The notes beneath the pieces are model-generated. The model saw only the letters and a list, made by a program, of their open reading frames with translations, did no database searches and was not told where the DNA came from. 31,021 nucleotides of DNA from a virus (lineage: Duplodnaviria > Caudoviricetes). Both the position numbers and the translations under genes were made by a program. Within the stretch, counting starts at the first letter, position 1. Every line of letters begins with the position of its first letter. Location: positions 1-31,021 of the IMG/VR virus record IMGVR_UViG_3300016675_000040. The stretch is one strand, 5' to 3'. Positions 26,191 through 31,021 of this stretch are shown piece by piece.

Positions 26191-26400
26191 TTACCGACGA
26201 ACTTTGATCGCGTCGTCCAGGTTCTTGATGAGGCTCTGCAAGCACCGGGCATGGCCTTGGGCCACCCGGAACTGCTCCCCGTCCAAGGCCTGGATCAGGA
26301 ACTGCGATTTCTGTTCAAGCTCAGCAACGAGGAACTCTCTGAACTTCGGGTGGTTGCGTGCAACCGACTCAAAAATCTGGAGTTGCTCGTTGGTCAGCAT
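26191..26400 (-). CDS. Small conserved head-module protein, 69 aa
   Basis: AAGGA RBS and AQG.AR.L motif, in the usual position between portal and scaffold. Confidence 0.8.
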   Translation of the reverse strand: MLTNEQLQIFESVARNHPKFREFLVAELEQKSQFLIQALDGEQFRVAQGHARCLQSLIKNLDDAIKVRR

Positions 26401-26421
26401 CGGTTTTCCTTGGTTGCAAAC

Positions 26422-26451
26422 AATCTAACACGTTAGCCTGTTGCGTGTCAA
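26422..26451 (-). promoter_or_regulatory. Sigma70-type promoter for the head genes, overlapped by the operator-like motif
   Basis: On the - strand TTGACA (26451-26446), 18 bp, TAGATT (26427-26422) with an extended -10 TG. CTAACGTGTTAG lies at 26436-26425. Confidence 0.75.
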
Positions 26452-27785
26452 ACACCGGCGCTGGGGCGTGTTGCTCTCGGGTAGCCAGTCAAATTGGCTC
26501 TGAGTAGCGGGTAGCGTGGCACCCCGAGTTCATCCGACGTGGAGTCCATCGCTGCCTGGAGCCAAGGCGCCACTGCGGCCAGGTCGCCGCCACTGCCGGA
26601 GGTGAACAGGGTGCACAGCAAGATCGGGGTCGGCGTAGACTGCCCAGCTTCTCTCGCCAGGAGGAACACCGGGGAGCTGCTGTCGCCGGGGTAGAAGGTC
26701 CGCATGTACGCACCCAGCGGTGAGGTCGTCATGGTGTAGTTCGGATACACCTCGACCTGCCGAGAAAGCGTGTAGTCCAGGGCGACCGCATGGGCGACGA
26801 TGGCTTTCGGGCCTTGGTTGGCGATGATCACACCAGCGCCCTCAAAACCCGTGTTGTACGCCATCACGATTACCGGCAGCTCTGCTGAGACCCCGGAGGC
26901 GCCGATCTGCGCCGAAGGATTGTTGTACCGTGTGTCGGGCAGCAGTTCGGGGTAGTAGTCGGGCAGAAGCCGAGCAAACGCGCAGCCGGTGACGTCCTGA
27001 TCAAAGGCGACGATGCCCACGTCGATGTCGTCGCCCACGGGTGCGGGTTCAATCAAATCGCGCCGAGCGACGACTTGTACGACTTGACTACTGCCGTCAG
27101 GGCGGCGAAAGCGGAGGTACTCCCCGATCTGAACGTCAACGTGCAGGGCGAAGACAGCGTGGCGAGGACTTAGCAGTGTGGCCGGCAGGGCGCTGGACGT
27201 GGCGTTCGTGCGCGCAATGCTAACCATTGACCAGTCGATGTCAGCGAAGGCGAATCCAGGGTTTGGAGTCACGTTCAGGGTGCCGACGCTGATGACCTCG
27301 CCGTTCAGGAAGCGGCTCTGGGAGTCGTACCCAGGCGTGCGTCCAAGAAGACGATTGGCAACCTGCGTGTACGCCTCCTGGTACAGGGACAACGTGTTCG
27401 TGAGCTGCGTGTCTACCGACTTCAGCGTGGCTGCTCTTGCCGGGCCGGTACTGCTAAGAAGTTGGTACTGCCGCGTGCCGTAGGCGGACTTCGCCTTCAG
27501 CACTCCAGTCGAAAACGCGGAGCTTTCTCGACGGACGAAGTTACCGGAAAGGCTGAAGCCCTCAGGGGGTGTCAGCTCCACGGGGAGAGGTGACGCCACC
27601 GTGACTTGGTTCTCCTGCGTGCTGTACGCCTCGAAGACCTGAGTCACCCGCGTAAATGCCAGCTGCCGTACCCGAGATTCCTCCGGGTAGGAAACCTCCT
27701 GGAGCTGGAGCGACAGGTCAAAGTCCAGCGACTCGGGCATGCCCAAGACGGTTAGACCGGGACCAAACTTGATGTTCGTGGTCAT
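26448..27785 (-). CDS. Protein with C-terminal trypsin-like (PA clan) serine protease domain, 445 aa
   Basis: ATLLSPRHAVFALH (His at 27141-27143), DVGIV (Asp at 27021-27023), GDSSSP (26670-26687). ATGA overlap with the upstream gene. Confidence 0.78.
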   Translation of the reverse strand: MTTNIKFGPGLTVLGMPESLDFDLSLQLQEVSYPEESRVRQLAFTRVTQVFEAYSTQENQVTVASPLPVELTPPEGFSLSGNFVRRESSAFSTGVLKAKSAYGTRQYQLLSSTGPARAATLKSVDTQLTNTLSLYQEAYTQVANRLLGRTPGYDSQSRFLNGEVISVGTLNVTPNPGFAFADIDWSMVSIARTNATSSALPATLLSPRHAVFALHVDVQIGEYLRFRRPDGSSQVVQVVARRDLIEPAPVGDDIDVGIVAFDQDVTGCAFARLLPDYYPELLPDTRYNNPSAQIGASGVSAELPVIVMAYNTGFEGAGVIIANQGPKAIVAHAVALDYTLSRQVEVYPNYTMTTSPLGAYMRTFYPGDSSSPVFLLAREAGQSTPTPILLCTLFTSGSGGDLAAVAPWLQAAMDSTSDELGVPRYPLLRANLTGYPRATRPSAGV

Positions 27786-28672
27786 TCGAGGATGCTCAGG
27801 CCGTTCAAGGTCACGAACGCGGACCACTGAATGGTCGTCCCCGCCAGTCCGGTGAACCTTGGTGCCAGCGGCGTACCCACGTTCGCCAGCAGTTGAATAC
27901 TCAAGCCGGCCAGTGCGTTGTTTACATCAGGCGTAGGAGTTGTGATGTTGCTGATACCTGTCGCCGACTCGATGTTGTCAACGAGCAGAGTTGCCCTGCG
28001 GACGAAGCGGGCCCACCCGTTTGTGTTCGACTGCCGTGCGAGCACTACGACCTCGGCATCGTAGATACCGTCCGGTAGGTACGTCAGCAAGCCGCCGTCC
28101 GGGATGCCCGTTGTCTGGCCGGACAGGCTCCCCGTCACGGTGGTGGTGCTGGTAGTCCGCCCAGCGAACGTAAACAGGTGTCGCTGGATTCCGGGCACGA
28201 ACCCACCGAAAACGATCTCACCGATGTGCTGCGCAGATGCTCCAGCTCCGAGGGCCAGCGACTTAGTGGCGCGTGAGGCAGTGGCAGCCCCGACGCCGAC
28301 AGCCAGGCTGTCCGTGCCCTGCGTGAGAGACGAGACGGCTGATCGGAACCGACGAGCCTGACCGGCCACGCCGTTGTGGATCACCAAGTCTTCGGAGTCT
28401 GTAGGCACACTGATCTCACCGTCCACACCGTCGAGAGTCAGCAAGTTGGCGACGAGCCCGCGCCGGTGCCCAATGTTCGCGGTGATGTCACCTCCTTCAT
28501 CTACGGGCAGCATGGCGAAGGTCCCTTCGCCGACTTCAAACTTCGCTACTCCGTCTTCCAGGGTGGCTGCACTGAGACCTGCGCCGCCGATCATGGCAGC
28601 CAGCTCGCGGGCGTTGGTGGAACTGAAACCAGCCTCAACGAGGGCGTCGATCAGTGCAAGGTTCTCGGACAT
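27782..28672 (-). CDS. Putative trimeric fibre/adhesin protein with Mtd_N-like motif and YadA-head-like repeats, 296 aa
   Basis: RRG......DG..GEI.V.TD...LVIHNG, then SLAVGVGA and SLALGAGA repeats; AAGGAG RBS. Confidence 0.65.
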   Translation of the reverse strand: MSENLALIDALVEAGFSSTNARELAAMIGGAGLSAATLEDGVAKFEVGEGTFAMLPVDEGGDITANIGHRRGLVANLLTLDGVDGEISVPTDSEDLVIHNGVAGQARRFRSAVSSLTQGTDSLAVGVGAATASRATKSLALGAGASAQHIGEIVFGGFVPGIQRHLFTFAGRTTSTTTVTGSLSGQTTGIPDGGLLTYLPDGIYDAEVVVLARQSNTNGWARFVRRATLLVDNIESATGISNITTPTPDVNNALAGLSIQLLANVGTPLAPRFTGLAGTTIQWSAFVTLNGLSILE

Positions 28673-28681
28673 GGTGGCTCC

Positions 28682-30778
28682 TTACTGGGGCTGGAAGTTG
28701 TCTGTGGCGGGTGCGCCGTTCATGAGCTGGCGCTTCTCTGGGGGCTGACCGGGCTGCTGCGCTGGCTGCGACATCGCGGCCATCTGCTGTTGAGCGGCCC
28801 GCAGCTTGACGGTGCTGGCTGACGGGATCACGTCCTCGCTGTTCATGTCGAGCGTCCGGGCGGCTTCGCGCAGCAGTGCGGCACGCCCGTCGAGGCCGAT
28901 GATCTGGAGGTCGATGGGGTTGGCTGTGGCTTGCAGGAACTCGTTGCGGCGCACTTGAGCCGTGTCCTTCGTCACCAAAGACAGCGCGCCGCGTGCGACG
29001 ACTTGCAGGTCGCCCTTCATGTCCGGGTCGCCGATATAGCGCATCGTGAACTCGTAGGCCCCACGGATGGCCGGCGCGATCACGTTCATGTCGATGGACG
29101 CCAGCGACTTCTTCACCGTCTTGCTGGCGTTGCCGATCATCATGGACATACCCGACGCCGTGCGCCCTGCCCCACCGGCCATGCCATCGCCGGTCATGTA
29201 GCGCGGGATGCCCGATACCTCGTCGGCCAGCGCGGAGAACTTCTCAAACACGGCCATCAGCTCGGCGGCGTTGGAGTTCGGCTGGAAGAAGCCCATCGGC
29301 GGCGTGGTCCCGCCCATCGGATCGCTGAGCGTCTGCCAAATCTTCCAAGGGAACATCGTGGTGATGTCCTCCCCGTTGGGCAGGCGGTCGTTGTTGACCC
29401 AGACCTGCGGGCCCGAGGAGATGCCCATGTTGTTGGCCAGTGCGCGTGCCGTGGCGTTGCACATATCCTCGCAGTCGCGCACGGTGTCGTAGAGCGATAC
29501 ACCCCAGAACGCGCCGGGGACACGCTCGAAGCTGTCGGCGTAGTAGGGCCGGCGGGCCAAGGGGTCCGTGTTGATCACGGCCTTGATCACCCAAGAGCCG
29601 ACAAGCCAGGCCTCAACCGAGTAGACCTTGGACTCGTCAGGCACTTCCTCGGGGCTCATGCCCCACTCGCGCAGCAGCTTGCCGGGCACCTCACCCCAAT
29701 ACTGGAGTGCGTCGATCAGGTCGGAGCCGTGCTGGGTGTACGAGCTGTTGCGGCCTTCGGCTGTGGCGCGCTCGGTGTCGACCATCAGCCACTCGTGCAG
29801 GCCACCGGTGGAGTGCGTGTCCAGTACTTGGCGGATGGCGTCGTCGTTGTAGCCGTCTACGCCGATCATGTCGGACAGTGCGGAGGGAGACAGCCGGTGA
29901 CGCTCGATCAGGTAGCCGTCATGCACGCCGCGCGACCAGGGGCACGGGTAGATGTTGAACGGGTCGACGCGCTCCCACTGCGGGCGGTTTTCCTCGACAG
30001 CGACAGGTTCGCTCGTGCCGTCGGGCTGCGGCTGCCAGGTGAGCACACCCGTGCGGCGCACGACTGGCCCCTTGATGAATGCCGTCTTGAAGGTGGTCAA
30101 GTCGTCCAGGAAGCCGTCGATGGCCTCATTGAAGCCGCCCTCAACGAGCATGTCCTCGATCTTCACCTCAGCGCGGCGGCAGCGCTCTCTGGCTTCGGAG
30201 TACACGGCCTCCTCGGCGCGCATCTTGGCGTCGCGCAGAAGCTGGCGAACGTCCTCGTTGCTCATCGGCATGCCCGACATCTGAGCCTGGTAGACGATCT
30301 CCGAGGCCTCAGACAGAAGCTGCGCTGTCAGGTCTTCAGGCAGGCTGGGCTTGGGCGTGGGCCGGATGGTCCACGGTTTTTCGGTGCCGGAGCCCAGAAG
30401 AACGTCCGCCCATAGCGCCTTGGCCTGCCGCGCCTTGGTGGCGAACAGCATCATGTAAATCTCGGAGCTGCCCTGGGCCTTCAGGTCTTGGCGCGTTTCG
30501 GGCGAATACTCGCCTCGCTTGGCCCGGACGGCGGCCAGCATCTCTCGCTCAATGTCTTGCTTGGCCTCCTTGGCCAGGCTCCAGTGGCGCCGGATCAGCG
30601 ACGCGAGGGACTGCACAACCGTCGTCGAATTGGCCGCGCTGGCGCGGGCCGCGGCCTCTCGGGCCTCGTCTTCGAGTAGCTGAGACAGCGGGCGGGCCGA
30701 CATCAGGCCGCCGACGGAAAACTCCCGCCGTTCCGTAGGGGCGGGTGTCTGGCCAATCGAGAGTCCTGTTGCTGCCAT
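28682..30778 (-). CDS. Portal protein, 698 aa
   Basis: Size and position at the head of the head module. KPWTIRPTP, WERVDPFNIYP, FWGVSL, DEVSGIPRY..G, RTASGMSM, and a Gln-rich C-terminal tail. Confidence 0.9.
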   Translation of the reverse strand: MAATGLSIGQTPAPTERREFSVGGLMSARPLSQLLEDEAREAAARASAANSTTVVQSLASLIRRHWSLAKEAKQDIEREMLAAVRAKRGEYSPETRQDLKAQGSSEIYMMLFATKARQAKALWADVLLGSGTEKPWTIRPTPKPSLPEDLTAQLLSEASEIVYQAQMSGMPMSNEDVRQLLRDAKMRAEEAVYSEARERCRRAEVKIEDMLVEGGFNEAIDGFLDDLTTFKTAFIKGPVVRRTGVLTWQPQPDGTSEPVAVEENRPQWERVDPFNIYPCPWSRGVHDGYLIERHRLSPSALSDMIGVDGYNDDAIRQVLDTHSTGGLHEWLMVDTERATAEGRNSSYTQHGSDLIDALQYWGEVPGKLLREWGMSPEEVPDESKVYSVEAWLVGSWVIKAVINTDPLARRPYYADSFERVPGAFWGVSLYDTVRDCEDMCNATARALANNMGISSGPQVWVNNDRLPNGEDITTMFPWKIWQTLSDPMGGTTPPMGFFQPNSNAAELMAVFEKFSALADEVSGIPRYMTGDGMAGGAGRTASGMSMMIGNASKTVKKSLASIDMNVIAPAIRGAYEFTMRYIGDPDMKGDLQVVARGALSLVTKDTAQVRRNEFLQATANPIDLQIIGLDGRAALLREAARTLDMNSEDVIPSASTVKLRAAQQQMAAMSQPAQQPGQPPEKRQLMNGAPATDNFQPQ

Positions 30779-30821
30779 GCCGGGGTCTGTTTGGTTGGCG
30801 CACCCAGACCGGGCACGCAGG

Positions 30822-30865
30822 CTAACGTGTTAGCTTATTGTATGCCGGGCTGTCAAGGGCGGCAA
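30822..30865 (-). promoter_or_regulatory. Sigma70-type promoter upstream of portal with operator-like motif over the start site
   Basis: On the - strand TTGCCG (30865-30860), 17 bp, TACAAT (30842-30837). The motif at 30822-30833 is 3 nt downstream of the -10. Confidence 0.72.
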
Positions 30866-30868
30866 GGG

Positions 30869-31021
30869 TCAGATCACGACCCACCGCAACAAGTCGTTCC
30901 GCGTATGAGTCAGCGAATAGAGGAACCTCAACTCCGTGGCCCCTTCCTTCAGCGTCGTCATGAACATCTTGTCGCCAGGGACGACCGTACCTTGGGGTAC
31001 AGGTATGGTTGTCCAAGGTTC
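30869..31021 (-). CDS. C-terminal 50 aa of a gene truncated by the window edge (hypothetical)
   Basis: Frame open from 31021 reading EPWTTIPVPQGTVVPGDKMFMTTLKEGATELRFLYSLTHTRNDLLRWVVI, with TGA at 30871-30869 just before the portal promoter. Confidence 0.65.
   Translation of the reverse strand, partial: EPWTTIPVPQGTVVPGDKMFMTTLKEGATELRFLYSLTHTRNDLLRWVVI

Larger units (their letters stand above)
1..31021. mobile_element. Tailed phage/prophage segment, podovirus-like (portal-scaffold-capsid plus ejection proteins, no tape measure seen), probably temperate
   Basis: Continuous phage gene content with no host housekeeping genes. Replication (+) and virion (-) arms converge, and an integrase-like fragment lies at the left edge. 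Confidence 0.95.

Noticed and set aside
27782-28672. Diversity-generating retroelement suggested by the Mtd_N-like motif
   Set aside because: No reverse transcriptase, Avd or TR/VR repeat pair is visible in the window, and the C-terminus is not recognisably C-type lectin.
1692-30833. CRISPR array, att-site pair or REP elements as the explanation of the 12-bp repeat
   Set aside because: The copies are short, dispersed by kilobases and sit on promoters. There are no regular spacers and no host-phage junctions.
30822-31016. 64-aa ORF listed in the track
   Set aside because: It runs across the portal promoter and operator. The alternative frame open to the window edge and ending at 30869 is more protein-like.
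1-31021. tRNA or rRNA genes
   Set aside because: Intergenic gaps are under about 100 bp and none shows a cloverleaf or T-loop pattern by eye. tRNAscan-SE would confirm.

Overview
The whole window is part of a GC-rich tailed phage genome, podovirus-like and probably temperate; the host is plausibly a Betaproteobacterium (inference). The + strand arm (1-6634) holds the C-terminal end of a tyrosine integrase, an SNF2-like helicase, a small coiled-coil protein, an SSB-like protein, a Cro-like HTH protein and a primase-helicase fusion. It meets the - strand virion arm at a bidirectional terminator. In transcription order the virion arm encodes: portal; a two-gene insert (Mtd_N/YadA-like fibre and trypsin-like protease); a small conserved protein; scaffold; major capsid protein; two adaptor-like proteins; a lysis cassette (holin, 17-codon micro-ORF, SAR endolysin, Rz with embedded Rz1); nozzle-like tail protein; DUF1983/J-like tail protein; an 87-aa gene; a GNAT acyltransferase; a gp7-like ejection protein with a GGKG leader; a methyltransferase/PP-loop (PAPS-reductase-like, CC-X80-CxxC) fusion; a second ejection protein; and a 2089-aa polyvalent protein. 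Three things stand out. (1) A tightly coupled GNAT / leader-bearing substrate / MTase-PP-loop cassette that looks like a post-translational maturation system for ejection proteins. (2) A 12-bp operator-like motif, CTAACGTGTTAG, with five perfect copies, four of them overlapping sigma70-type promoters in both arms. (3) Features missing from or hidden in the ORF track: the integrase tail, Rz1 and the lysis micro-ORF. All family assignments come from motif recognition by eye, not database searches.
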